Below, piece by piece: positions 10,513 to 22,263 of a stretch of 64,000 bases of DNA. Numbering within the stretch: the first letter of the stretch is position 1; each line of letters begins with the position of its first letter. This DNA comes from Sporopachydermia quercuum (lineage: Eukaryota). The DNA is taken from assembly GCA_001599295.1 (NCBI GenBank), contig BCGN01000008.1:496001-560000 (forward strand), read 5' to 3'. A program made the translations under genes and the position numbers. The notes beneath the pieces are model-generated. The model did not search any database. It saw only the letters and a list, made by a program, of their open reading frames with translations, and had not been told where the DNA came from.

Positions 10513-12828
10513 TTAGCCAATTGTAGCACCCATGAGTATTTCCACGTTAATTCCAGAAGTAAGTATTCCATTTGAGTGGTCTCTAAGNGTTATGAGTGAT
10601 TTTGAGGCCAGCAGTAGCACAGAGAAAAATGTAGCTGCGGCAGTAGCTTTTCTTGTTAGACTAAGTTGAGCAAAATGACTCCGATCCTGACGTTGAGCAT
10701 GATCAATCACTAGCTGTAAGTTTAAACTGTCCGTTAGTGAACTCAACTCTCTCAGCACAAAGAACACGTTCTTAGCCTCTGGATATAGATTTTCAAGTAA
10801 ACGATCTGTAAGAGAATTTGGTTGTACTGATAAGCTGTTATTGCTGTTACTGGATCCTGGCGTTCTGGAATTTCTTCTTGCGTTACTAGTACCAAATGAG
10901 TATAAAGTTGAGCTGGATCTCGATCTCTGCGTAGAAGCAGAAGAACTGCTTATTCTCGGATGAAGGTGTGCTCTAGTTATGTCAATGGTCATTACGTCGT
11001 CTTCCGGTATCTCTGGTAATTTGACATACTCCGTAGGTTGTTCAATGAAAGGATCATTGTCATTCCACGGAACCACATCAAACGATAATTGATCGGAGCC
11101 GATAGAACCTTGAAAGCTGTTCTGAGAACGAGCCTCTCTGACTTGTTCGAGCTCTGATAGACTTGAGTGTAATAAAGAGAGCCGTGAAATTGGAGCTTGT
11201 CTTGGAGTGCTTGGCTTTAATTTTTCATCTGATAACTGAGGAAAAAGTAGCCTAGCTACTAAATCATTTACCAGTTTCTTTGTTCTAGTATTGGTAAGAA
11301 AATAGTCCCTTTCTCTATTCAGAGTCCTTTGCCTCTTTCTCTGGTTGGCGTACTCCATATTCAGTACGTAGTTTGATTCATTATCTTTCAATTGGTTACT
11401 CGGAATCTGGTTGATTGAATCCCATTGTAATCTCTTTGGTCTTCTAGTACTTACTTCATTCTCGTTACTACATCCTGGGCCAAGTTCCTCACTAGATTCC
11501 AATCTCAAATCAGTGTGGTCATAATTCCTACCATCATATATATCATCATCCTGTTGGGCAATACTATCGATAGGAACTTCAAGTCCCATTCCATCAAGAA
11601 CCTTTTCCGTTATTTCATTGTTAATTTTATAATCTGACGCTTGCACATTGTTGTTTATTAGAGGCTGTACGTCTGATATACCGGTATGTTTTGAAGGAGT
11701 TGATGTCAGTAGAGCTATATCATTGATATCAAACTCAAAATCAGCATTCAAAGCTTGAAGTTCTTCTTCGCTCAACCTTATGTCATCTGCGATACCAAAT
11801 AGATCCAATAAATCACTAGGCTTCGTCTGGTTACTAAGTTCTATTTCTGCTATATCACTTCTTGCCATTGAGATAGAACGAGATAAATTGATATTGCCAT
11901 TCTCATCAGAAATGTTTTCAATGCTTTCACTTGCTTCTTGATCAGAGCTACTGTTAACTAGCANTGAAGGATCCCAGGAATCTCCTACTGAAGATGTTAC
12001 ATCTAACGAAAATTGTTGTTGATCGACATTAAAAAGCTCTGGATATAAACCAAAATCAATCATAAATAATGGATCATCGGGGAGATATCCTTTTCTAGAA
12101 CATGGTGTCAATAGAGGGTTCTGAAAGCCATTTGAACTATCTCAAATCTGGACAATTTTTGCATACCTCGATTTAGGATTCGTGATAAAAGATGTTCTAC
12201 CTCTCTCATTGTTTTCTTTAGAGCAAATGTTCAATGGGCCCCAAATAGGCTGAGAGGATCTACTCAATTTTGTCTGGAGCATATCCAGGTCATCTTATGA
12301 AATTAAGGTTAGAGAATATACTAGCTTTTTCTTGTTTTTAATACTATAACGCTATTGATTCCAATACTGAATACAATGGTATTTCATACTGTGTAAATAA
12401 ATTAATTGCTGCCGATAAGCTAATGTTATACCATACAAAAGATTGGATGTCAGCCTTAAAGCCAAAGGCTCCAAAGGGTCGGCGATAAAGCTACATGTAT
12501 CTACAATCGATACCCCTAAGATATCCTATTGAAGATGACTATCAGTAACATGGCAAGTCAATCCAAGAGCGGTTTCTCATAGGTGAATCTCAAACTTACT
12601 TTCTTTGATACACTCTTGTTAACAGACCGAGTCCCAATTGTTGATAAAAGCCTTCGAATTCTTTAGTTAATAAGACAGGATACATCAGAATCAAAATCGT
12701 AAACCTATTGATGGAAACAATCCAACTGAGACTTGATTTGGTTTACCTCAAAATTAAAGAGTTCCTATTTACCAGATGGTTCCAAATCCTCCTTTTTGAT
12801 AGTATAACAGATCTTCAGAGAAAAACAT
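10513..12828 (-). CDS. REC8: Meiotic cohesin kleisin Rec8 (Rad21/Rec8 family; 5 exons, 650 aa)
   Basis: Exons 12828-12773, 12651-12600, 12525-12390, 12293-12167, 12094-10513 join in frame. They give MFFSEDLL..GFGTIWLLSTIG..SKKDILGVSIVDTC..PLALRLTSNLLYGI..YRQQ (kleisin N-domain) and LTRKATAAATFFSVLLLASK (C-terminal winged helix). Confidence 0.9.
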
Positions 12829-13210
12829 TTTGTTGTTTTGGTTGTAATAATTCAATTTCTATATTATATCATGAACGGTATTACCTGTATTTCTGTCGTT
12901 GGAGCTTTGATGCTAATATTCTATTTCATTTTCTGACATTCGATGCTGTGAGATCCAGAAAAAGACAAGCAGAAACTAACAGGAAACAGGTCCTTAAAAT
13001 ATATGACAACTTGATCACCGAAAGTCTTACGCTGAAATTGTTGGGATTTTCTTAGACACGACAATTGCATTCCCAACAGAATTTCTGTGAGAAGCAAGCG
13101 CTGAATATTTTCAGTTCGTGTTTGCATTAAGTTCATTGTCAGAGAAACAAAGACAAAAAATCCGCTGTATTGAAAAAGAAACTTACTAAAATGTTATTAG
13201 TATACGGAAT

Positions 13211-14851
13211 CTAATTGATTAAGATACTAGCTAAGACACCAGTAATAGCTAGCAGACAAGAAATGATTACACCGATAGTGCAACCTATTTTCTCTAAGAC
13301 AGTTAGTTGGTCTTTATAGATACTCAAATAAAAAGATAAGGGTAAAATCAAGCAAATTAGATAACAAATGCCTGCGCCTAGAAAAGCAATCAATCTTTCA
13401 AAAGATGGAACTGTCACTGCTATAAAAAACAGCATTCCTAATACTGCGACCCTTGAAATTACACCTATTATTTTCTTACCCGTACCACTATACTCTTTAT
13501 TCTCACCCTTCTTTGAATAATAAAACAATCTTTCGGTTACTTGTACAATAGGTCTGACGACTAAAGGAACTTTAGAGGTTGCTAACATAGCCATCAAACC
13601 ACATATTGTGCCATAGACCCAGCTTGGATAGCCCTTTGTAGTCATGATTGATTTTGTTACTTCACCATCAACTTGATTCCCAAACATAAGAAACCCTAGT
13701 ATAGCCATTGCTAAGTCAAATGTAAACGTTGCGCTAAATGTAAGGTTCATAGAATGATTGAATTTTTGTGGATGTCTCATATCTCTATAGATATCAGGGA
13801 AAACAGCATGACCACCCCAGGGAGCCATGAAAATACCAAATCCCAGTGGAAAGTATTTGATGGTATCAGGAATCCACCATGTAATCATTGGTGAAATAAG
13901 GGAACCAGGGGAATCAGGTTTGATTAACCCAGAAAGAATTATAAATAGCAGTATGACAAAAATCGACAGAATTCCAATGAAAGATCCACTTGAGAGGATA
14001 TTCAAAGGTAAAAACGAAAGAGGAGTAAGAATGAGCCAAAATAGTAGTTTGAAGTTAAATACTGATACACTTGGTATTATAGCATTCAACGAATCACCAA
14101 AAAGTATAAATGAGGACACACCTGCTCCCACCAAATCAAAGCAGAACAAGAATGTAATAAATGAGTAAGATGCTGGCCCAAAGGCCTCTACTGCAATGTC
14201 AGAATACGTTGTAGCTTGTGGTCGAATCTTTAAGCACTTGCCCAGTAGTTCTGCAGCATAAGCTGTACTTATTGCAGAAAGTAATAATATGAGAGTTCCC
14301 ATAATCCACCCACAGTAGCTGAACCCCAACGGTAGCGCAAGGATACCAATGCCTACTAAAACGTTGATAGAGTTAAACACTGTTTGTGGCTCTGTTGATT
14401 TACCTACTCTCACATGGATTATCGATCCATCTGCCTTCTGAACCCGTTGAATGAGTAATGTTGATTCATCTTCAATAAAACTTATCAAGTCTCCGTCTTC
14501 CAATGCTTGATCAGATGTCACTGGACTCACTAAATCTATATTGTTCTCGCTTGAAGGTGTAAGCAAATTCAATTCAGGATCAGATTCTAAAACTACCTCT
14601 TCTGCATTTCCGACTTCAGATATATCTAGTATAGGTTCAATTAATACGCCATCATCTCCAGCAGATGCCGAAAATCTCCTCAAAACCCTTCCTTCAATGG
14701 GCTCTTGATTCCCATTTAAGTCTATTGTTAAGAACGCTTGAGCTCTCTGATATGAATTTGCGAAATTACCTAATGAGTTCAATCGTTTACCTCTAATTGG
14801 TCGAAGTTCAGACGGTGAGTTATCCGTCTCCTCTTCATTTGACCCATACAT
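13211..14851 (-). CDS. AVT1: Vacuolar amino acid transporter, AAAP family
   Basis: GKSTEPQTVFNSINVLVGIGILALPLG, WGGHAVFP..YRDMRHP and about 11 hydrophobic segments. First ATG is at 14851 (the track starts at a TTG). Confidence 0.88.
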   Translation of the reverse strand: MYGSNEEETDNSPSELRPIRGKRLNSLGNFANSYQRAQAFLTIDLNGNQEPIEGRVLRRFSASAGDDGVLIEPILDISEVGNAEEVVLESDPELNLLTPSSENNIDLVSPVTSDQALEDGDLISFIEDESTLLIQRVQKADGSIIHVRVGKSTEPQTVFNSINVLVGIGILALPLGFSYCGWIMGTLILLLSAISTAYAAELLGKCLKIRPQATTYSDIAVEAFGPASYSFITFLFCFDLVGAGVSSFILFGDSLNAIIPSVSVFNFKLLFWLILTPLSFLPLNILSSGSFIGILSIFVILLFIILSGLIKPDSPGSLISPMITWWIPDTIKYFPLGFGIFMAPWGGHAVFPDIYRDMRHPQKFNHSMNLTFSATFTFDLAMAILGFLMFGNQVDGEVTKSIMTTKGYPSWVYGTICGLMAMLATSKVPLVVRPIVQVTERLFYYSKKGENKEYSGTGKKIIGVISRVAVLGMLFFIAVTVPSFERLIAFLGAGICYLICLILPLSFYLSIYKDQLTVLEKIGCTIGVIISCLLAITGVLASILIN

Positions 14852-15243
14852 ATTTATTGCCAATTATATTTTATGTCAAAAATATTGATAATCGATTCCA
14901 ATTACCTCTTGTTTTCACTAACTCATCGATTTGAAGTATAATGGTCAATTCGAACTCTCAGTATCCGCCAATAATGTTTCCTTTATAACAGTTTCTTACT
15001 TTTTCCCCATCCAAAGTCAATATCACCGGAGCTTTTCTTTTCTTTTTCATGAAACACCGCATGAACAGATGCTTATATACGATAGATACTTTGACCTTTT
15101 CTTAATGTATGTTTCACCACACCACTCTTCTTGCTTGTGTTAAAAAAAAAAGGTCCTTCTGTCTGCTGTACGTATCTAAGTTCAGTCGAATTGTGCAATT
15201 ATTATGCAAAATCAGGTGTAATGGAACTTCGATTGGCAATCCC

Positions 15244-15268
15244 AAGGTAAGGTAAGATAAGGTAAGGA
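15244..15268 (+). repeat. Short 5-mer tandem repeat (AAGGT/AAGAT x5)
   Basis: AAGGT AAGGT AAGAT AAGGT AAGGA read directly from the sequence. Confidence 0.7.
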
Positions 15269-15917
15269 GATTGACTTGCATTAATAAACAACCGTAAATC
15301 CCTTTTTTGTTTCAATCGGTGATTCCCTTGTCTCTAGTCACAAGAAGAAGTAAATATAAATATGTGTTAATTCAGTCAGCAAATAAAAAGAAGATCAAAC
15401 TACGTTGTTGACCTTTTGGTGACAAGTTGTAATCACAATTGTGAACTTTTTTGCAAGGTTCAATTTAAAGTTGAAAGAACAAATTTCAGCACAATATAAC
15501 AAAAGATGAGACATTGATATCCTATTAAAGTTTTGAATCGTTAGTGGGGGAATTATGAAATTGCCAAGGTTGAGTTTCAGATTTTAACTTTAGGTTTAAA
15601 TCATAATATGTATAAAGATGTATTAATATGCAAGGTATAAATTTTAAAACCGAAAAGCGGAAACGATATAATTACTCCGATAAGCGCAGCAAGTGAGACA
15701 TGGAGTAACACAATATATATGCAACGTATCAGAACAACAGCGTATTCGACCTATAAACGTCTTTTGAGATTTATTCTGAGAGGACAATTTGTAAAATTTG
15801 TTGGTGATGGTTCATTTTTTCATCATCAATCAATCAAAAAAAAATCAGATTATATCTTATCCAAGTTTTTCGTACTTCTCAAACGTAGCTAATCTACATA
15901 TCAGAACAGACACCGGG

Positions 15918-15924
15918 CGGGTAA
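15918..15924 (+). promoter_or_regulatory. Reb1-type site CGGGTAA upstream of VPS24
   Basis: Exact core about 200 bp before the ATG. The same core sits upstream of UPS1 and PWP1. Confidence 0.5.
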
Positions 15925-16129
15925 CACAGAGAAAGAAGGTAGTGTCTGCGTTAGGAACCTAACTATCACTACGAACAGTTCATCATTGATAGGTAGCTTT
16001 TGGATTTGATGGTTAGCAGGAACAAGGGAAAAGAATTTATTTATTGTTTCGAACAATCCAAGCGGAAATGCTTGCTTTTTATTTGAGCAGGGTGCAAGCA
16101 CAAGCGGTCCAGTTAATAATAGTTGCGGA

Positions 16130-16825
16130 ATGGATTATTTCAAGAAGGCGATCTGGGGACCAGATCCAAAGGAACAACTAAGGAAGTGCAATGCTTTAGT
16201 TAGAAAAAATAAAAGACAGATAGAAAGAGAGATAACATCCTTAAATACCTTAGAAGGTAAAACTAAGACATATATCAAACAGGCTGCCAAAAGAAATGAC
16301 ATCAAATCTGCCAAAATGTTCGCCAAGGAATTATACAATATAAGGAAAAACAAAACCAGACTATACAAGAGTAAAGCACAAATTGACTCTGTTGGTATGC
16401 AAATCAATGAAAGCTTTTCTGTACAAAAAATTCAAGGAACTATGAGAAGTAGCGCTGGAATCATGAAAGAAGTGAACTCCCTAATAAGGATGCCTGAGCT
16501 AACAGGAACTATGCGAGTATTAGAGCAAGAACTTATGAAAGCAGGAATTATCAATGAGATGGTTGGTGATGTAGTAGATGGNTTAGATGAAGGTGAAGAC
16601 TTAGAAGAAGAGGAAGAACAGCAGATTAACGAAATCTTAAGTGAATTCTTGCCCCAGGAAAAGGAAAGCGAAAAGAGTCAAGAAGAGCAGCTACCTCATG
16701 TTCCATCAGGCTTAAACTTGAAAACACAATTGGGCGATATGGAAGTTCCATCAAAAACTCCCAATGAAGAAAATACAGAGCTGTTGAGTCAGATGAGAGA
16801 GAGACTAAAAGCTTTACAAAGTTGA
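16130..16825 (+). CDS. VPS24: ESCRT-III subunit Vps24 (CHMP3)
   Basis: MDYFKKAIWGPDPKEQ, SKAQIDSVGMQI, LEQELMKAGII and C-terminal MRERLKALQ. Confidence 0.95.
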   Translation: MDYFKKAIWGPDPKEQLRKCNALVRKNKRQIEREITSLNTLEGKTKTYIKQAAKRNDIKSAKMFAKELYNIRKNKTRLYKSKAQIDSVGMQINESFSVQKIQGTMRSSAGIMKEVNSLIRMPELTGTMRVLEQELMKAGIINEMVGDVVDXLDEGEDLEEEEEQQINEILSEFLPQEKESEKSQEEQLPHVPSGLNLKTQLGDMEVPSKTPNEENTELLSQMRERLKALQS

Positions 16826-17125
16826 TAAGTTGTATCGCAATTTGTACTATAGATCACGGGGATCTATCTTTATATAGCACTCCAATTTGAATCCCGTTAG
16901 AGGGAACTATATGAGATTTGAAAAGATAACACAAGAGATACAAACTCTTTGAAGATACTCGTGTTTTAATCAAAAAATATTGTATCATCTATCTTTATCA
17001 TTTCATTGAGGTTTGGGAGCTGAAGGACCAACTGAACATATTATAATTTGTATGCGACTACAACTATTCTACAACTAGGATCAAATACTGTTATCACTTT
17101 GTGCATTGTATACAGATATTTATTA

Positions 17126-18751
17126 TTATGACATTTCCACATCGTTTTTCGAGTCTGCGTGTGTATCATTCTCAATATAATTTTTCAAATTTTCAGCCTC
17201 CTGTTGGATTTCATTTTGATCCTTATTATCATTCAACCTTGGTCTTCCAAATCTATCGCACCATGATTCAGCTTTCTCTAAAGTCTCGTCAACCACTTTC
17301 ATTATACTTGATAACATATCAAGTGAGTCTCGAGCAAGAGCCAGAACTTTGGCATCACCATTAGAAGTAGAAGGGTCTTCGCCATGTTGATTGACATCTC
17401 TGGTTTCTTCTGTCATAAATTTATAAGGTAATCGTAATAGGCTTTCTCTTACATGAGTCCTAGCTGGTTCAGGTAAAGAGTTTCCTGCATAATTTGAAAC
17501 CAAAGTCACTGCCTTTTTGATTGTTCCAATTATGTCAATTTTCAAATTAGCAATAAGCTCCTGTTTCGATTCAGAGTCCTGATTTCCATTAGCCTTGTTA
17601 GTGTCAGCGTCAGCGTCGGCAGAATTGCAATTATTAGTATTGGTGTTACTTGGTTCTTGCTCAGCTGGTCCTGGTCTATCTTCTGCTGCTTTGTTATCTG
17701 TTTGACGCTTGGGAGTACTGTTAGAAGGAGCTAGTAGTACATGCAAATAGTCTACACGAGAAGACAGGTGTGAATTTGCAATTTTCAGCAGATGAAGACA
17801 AAATCTCAGTTTTTTCCTAGAATCTTCTGATACAGCAACTAAACCTGTAGCATTTACCAATACATTGTGCATTTTTGAGTACGCATGTTCGTAGGGGGTC
17901 CTAGCTGTAGCTTGTACATGTTGTTGGTACACATGATGAGGATGATGTGGGTGTTGGCAGGAAGAGCCTGGTTGAGATGTGTATGAATTAGGGGAAGAAT
18001 GCATATTCAATGCTTCAGCTAATGGAGGTAATGAAGACGAAGAGGAAGCCGAGGAAGATCGAGATTTTGTTGTCATAGAAGGAATTGGTGGCAGTGTCAC
18101 GTCACAGTTGACGTTATTACTATTGGGCCTACCCATTCCAGTCCATGAACTGGACATTATTGAAGAATCTACCTTTCTGACAACTGGCATTGCCAGATTT
18201 TCCACCATCTCCGCACCATACTTGAACCTAGGTGAATAATTTTTCCCTGTTTCATAGGCTTTCACAGCTGACGATATTAAAGGATAATTTGTTACACGGT
18301 TCAGAATTGACCCATCTTCTGTTATCTGCTCTTCTGGTTCGGGAATTATATTGGCAGACTTTTGAGAACACAACTGTTGGTGGTCATTAAGCTTCAGTGA
18401 GGATACTGAAGGAGTTATGGGGGATGAATCTCTTTGAGAATCTATAGGGGGCTTAGCTGTAAAACCAAGAGACGTCTTATAATGATCATTACCATTCATG
18501 GAATAAATAGAATTATTGCTTATGGTTGCCGTCGATGAGATAGGTGTTAACGTTGGTGTGTTAGCGTTTGATAGGTCAGCTGAATGTAATGGATAATATA
18601 TTGAGGATGATACTGAAGAGGATCTTGACTTAGAAAATGTCGATCCTGCTTCTATTGAGTTTGCAGATCTAAGACTGTCTAGTACTTCTGCTGCCAATAG
18701 CACATCAATATTCTGATTGGATGGTTCTTGTTTCAACTCGCTCCTTGTCAT
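17126..18751 (-). CDS. OPI1: Opi1-family transcriptional repressor
   Basis: AAEVLDSLR, YETGKNYSPRFKYGAEMVE, zipper SRKKLRFCLHLLKIANSHL, VSNYAGNSLPEPAR..VRESLLRLP and KVLALARDSLDML. Confidence 0.9.
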   Translation of the reverse strand: MTRSELKQEPSNQNIDVLLAAEVLDSLRSANSIEAGSTFSKSRSSSVSSSIYYPLHSADLSNANTPTLTPISSTATISNNSIYSMNGNDHYKTSLGFTAKPPIDSQRDSSPITPSVSSLKLNDHQQLCSQKSANIIPEPEEQITEDGSILNRVTNYPLISSAVKAYETGKNYSPRFKYGAEMVENLAMPVVRKVDSSIMSSSWTGMGRPNSNNVNCDVTLPPIPSMTTKSRSSSASSSSSLPPLAEALNMHSSPNSYTSQPGSSCQHPHHPHHVYQQHVQATARTPYEHAYSKMHNVLVNATGLVAVSEDSRKKLRFCLHLLKIANSHLSSRVDYLHVLLAPSNSTPKRQTDNKAAEDRPGPAEQEPSNTNTNNCNSADADADTNKANGNQDSESKQELIANLKIDIIGTIKKAVTLVSNYAGNSLPEPARTHVRESLLRLPYKFMTEETRDVNQHGEDPSTSNGDAKVLALARDSLDMLSSIMKVVDETLEKAESWCDRFGRPRLNDNKDQNEIQQEAENLKNYIENDTHADSKNDVEMS

Positions 18752-20499
18752 TTTGGATATATATTTCGCTTAATGTATGGTTGAATGTATCGTTTAGACT
18801 TGGAATAATATAAAAAAGTGCTTTATGACGGCGTTCTCATTATTTCTCTTTTCACAATCAAACAATCAGAACATTTCACTTTCTATCAAAGTGTCAACTA
18901 TTCTAAAAAAGTAAAGCCTTTCTTGTCTTTTTCCAATTAAGCGACTCAACTTCTCTATTGAAGTCAGTAAAGTCAGTAAAAAACTGTGAAGAAACATTTC
19001 TCTTTACCAAGCTTTCAGGAAGATAGTATCCTCTTTCTTTTTTTTCGGCATTAGCTTTTTCACGTTCAGTTAGTTGTTGCGAAAGAAGGTTTGAGATTTG
19101 AAGTTTATTTCACCAACTAATTATTTCTTCTTGTTTTATGAACTACTATAAATAATAATGCATACTTGAATACTATGTATTTCTTATGGAAATTTGAGCT
19201 GCTACACTGTAGTACTAGTATTTTATATAAAACAAAAAGAAACAATGCATAAATGAATGGTTTCAAAGATAAGTAGAACAAATAGTTCTTTCCAGCAGTC
19301 TCTGAACGACTTATATCTGCATTTCTACAGCAATGAAATTTGAAAACCCAACAAACCAAGGTCGCATATTGCTGCATTAAAACTCGCTAAACTAACATGA
19401 TGCTATTACCGACCTTTCTTGATGGGATTCATTGAATTAAGTTATTTTTTGATTTGCGGTAAATAATCAAATGCCAAAGGAAAAAATCAAACAAATAGAA
19501 CATCAAAAATATCGCTGGCACTGGAATCAGGATGCAAGGAAGTGGGGCAGCCTATTTGGAAATAAAGTTCATCTAGGCGATAGAGAGATCAATTTTCATG
19601 TGANTATTGAACTTTCATTATGATAATTATGATGATGTGATCAATTAAAGTCTTCTATTTGTTTGGTAGGTAAAAACATCTGAAGTACTATTGAACATAA
19701 TGGGTTAAGCATCAAGGATAAATACTGTGGTATAGGAGGTTACTATTTCAAGTTGAAATTGTTAAACTGATTAGCCTATTTTCACTATGAACAATGGAAG
19801 AAAAGGAAACTGAGGATAATAGTTAGGGCATATCAAGAAAAAGTAATAGTAAAAAGTGAGCCATTGAAAGCTCGGCTCATTGGCCATAAAGATAAATGGG
19901 CACCAACAACTTCAGTAAAAAGTTTTGTTGGATCTTTCTAAGAACCTGAATCGTGGGCCCCTATTTGAATCATTCTTTCCCCATATCTTATTTCATTAAG
20001 TTTGACTTCTATTTCATTTATATTCATATTCATACAGTTGAGAAACGGAAATGATAACTCTATCGTTGCCATCAACATAACATCTCACTATAACAGAAAT
20101 CAGGTCAGTTGATAACTAAAGAGGACTGAAACACATTTAATACGAGAGCAAAATTAGCGAAAGGAATATTAGCGATTCGGATTGTATGATGCCAACGAAG
20201 TTTTATTGTCTCCCATATGAAGTCTATGGATCTAAATTAGGTAACCTTGTATTNATTGCTGAATAGGGTTGCATATTATCTATTGAACTAACTGTTTGGT
20301 GAAGCCGACAAAGAGAAAAGTGTGAAAGCAATTCAGTAGTTCACCACAGTATTGTCTCCTTGAGTAACATCTAGGGGATGATTGATCTTGGAAAAACTGA
20401 ATTACTATAAGTCATCTACACGGATTTCTTAAAGAGAAAGCTTGATTCAGACAACATCCACATCTTTTCAGACACATCTTTGAAACTTACTATAGTAAT

Positions 20500-22263
20500 A
20501 TGCCTCTTCTAGTGAATACAAGAAACCTTAACAGGTTTCATTGCAGCTCCAAAACTGTTGTGGAATTAATTCAAAACTCGGTAGGTCTCACCAGAAGATA
20601 TAATTCAACCTCAGGTAGTTCACTAACTGATTTCAATCCTCCACNAAATCCAGTTTTATCGAAAGTAGAAAAAGTATTCCCCGACTATAAATCACTTCAT
20701 GCAAGAACAAAGTTACTTCAGGAGACACTAAAGTCATCGAAGCATCCTATTCGAATTGCAGTTATACCCTTTCCCAATAAAACGCGTTTAGATACGAAAT
20801 ATGTTCTTGACGCTTTAATCAATGATCCTTTGGGGGCGGACGCAAATCACTGGTTTGAACAGTTCAGGAAACGTATTTTAAGCAAAGATGTTTTGGTGAA
20901 ATACAGCTTGAAATTTATACTGATAGAATTTCATAATTCACTCTCAGTTTTCCCCATTCCAAGTCCTTTCTTGATTCCAGCTTTACGTGATAGTGATTCA
21001 TTGGCAGCCATGGTAGAACTACAAAAAGAAAAAGAGTTCCGCCAGCCAAAAGAAAATGAAGTTACCTCCAATACCGTTGAATGGATCAACAGAGACATAG
21101 AATTTGTTGAGGTGCATTCAGAGAAGTACTCCAAGGAACATATTGATTCCTGTCATCTTCATATGTATGTTACTATTGACTTTGATAACATAACCTCCCT
21201 GAATTCTCCCATCATGACTTCCGCTTGGCCCAATATTCTTGTCATTGATCGAGAAGACTTTGAAAATTTCAATGAAACTCAAGTTCCTGGCGACTTAAGT
21301 GTTGATTCTGATTCTTCAAATGATGAGAAGATTATCAATGTCAATACATCGTATCAAATCAAAGCAGATGAATTGTTTGGAGAGTCCTCAAGCAATGTAA
21401 ATGAGTATCTACAATTGTCAAAGAAATCAAATATCAAGCATTTGAAGCATGTTATTGAAAAGAAAACTTTAGGAATCAAACCAATCCTGAATCTTCAGAG
21501 ATCCATCGTCTCTACTTTAAAAGAGTTATTATCGTCAACATCAGAAAATGATAAACGGGTCAATTCTCAAGCTGGTGAGATTGATACATTACAGAAATCA
21601 TGGGCCCATGATGCTCATACAGAACTACAAACAGTGTTAATAAAGGATCTGAATTCAATACTCCAATCAAGGTCACTCCCTTGGTATTCTCTTTACTGGA
21701 AGTCTGACGATGTGGAATCCATATTAGGTGATTTGATTTATGAAAAGTTCTTGGTAAAATCTTTATCCAGTTTTGATTTTGTTATGGGGAAAATCTCAAG
21801 TTTCCATGTATTGAATGGAGACAGTTCTTCAGAACGTTCTGTGTCTTCTTATGCATCCCCACTGATGAATACACGGAATGATATCATCTTGAATGATATT
21901 CCTAAGGTTCAAGCGCAAGCATTTAAGCTATTGAGAACAGTTATCATTACCACTCAATTACCTCTTATCACATTAGCAACAGCTGGTAATTTTCTATATG
22001 ATTATACTTTCTATTCAATGTCATCAGTTGCTCTCTTAGGTCTTGTTGTTGGGTTTAAATCATTACAAAGTGGTTGGAATAAGGTGCTAAACGCTCCCAA
22101 CGGTTTTATCAATTCTGTTATAGAAAAGTCAAGACTGTCTATCATGGAATCCCAAAAGGAAATAACCAAATCATGGGAACATCAACTGGAAAAAGAAAAG
22201 AAAGTGAAAAGTGAAAGAGAGGACGTTTTGAAGAAGTTAGAAGAAGAATTAGACGTATACTAG
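20500..22263 (+). CDS. Probable mitochondrial membrane protein, Mmc1-like
   Basis: 587-aa ORF with an Arg/Ser-rich presequence-like N-terminus, AHTELQ..LPWYSLYWKSDDV resembling the fungal Mmc1 C-terminal region, and two hydrophobic segments followed by LQSGW. Family name is from memory. Confidence 0.55.
   Translation: MPLLVNTRNLNRFHCSSKTVVELIQNSVGLTRRYNSTSGSSLTDFNPPXNPVLSKVEKVFPDYKSLHARTKLLQETLKSSKHPIRIAVIPFPNKTRLDTKYVLDALINDPLGADANHWFEQFRKRILSKDVLVKYSLKFILIEFHNSLSVFPIPSPFLIPALRDSDSLAAMVELQKEKEFRQPKENEVTSNTVEWINRDIEFVEVHSEKYSKEHIDSCHLHMYVTIDFDNITSLNSPIMTSAWPNILVIDREDFENFNETQVPGDLSVDSDSSNDEKIINVNTSYQIKADELFGESSSNVNEYLQLSKKSNIKHLKHVIEKKTLGIKPILNLQRSIVSTLKELLSSTSENDKRVNSQAGEIDTLQKSWAHDAHTELQTVLIKDLNSILQSRSLPWYSLYWKSDDVESILGDLIYEKFLVKSLSSFDFVMGKISSFHVLNGDSSSERSVSSYASPLMNTRNDIILNDIPKVQAQAFKLLRTVIITTQLPLITLATAGNFLYDYTFYSMSSVALLGLVVGFKSLQSGWNKVLNAPNGFINSVIEKSRLSIMESQKEITKSWEHQLEKEKKVKSEREDVLKKLEEELDVY

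Noticed and set aside
12708..13055. 115-aa ORF
   Set aside because: Antisense to REC8 exon 1 and its promoter.
4543..16825. ESCRT gene cluster (SNF8 and VPS24)
   Set aside because: Eleven kb apart with unrelated genes between; better explained by inherited synteny or chance.
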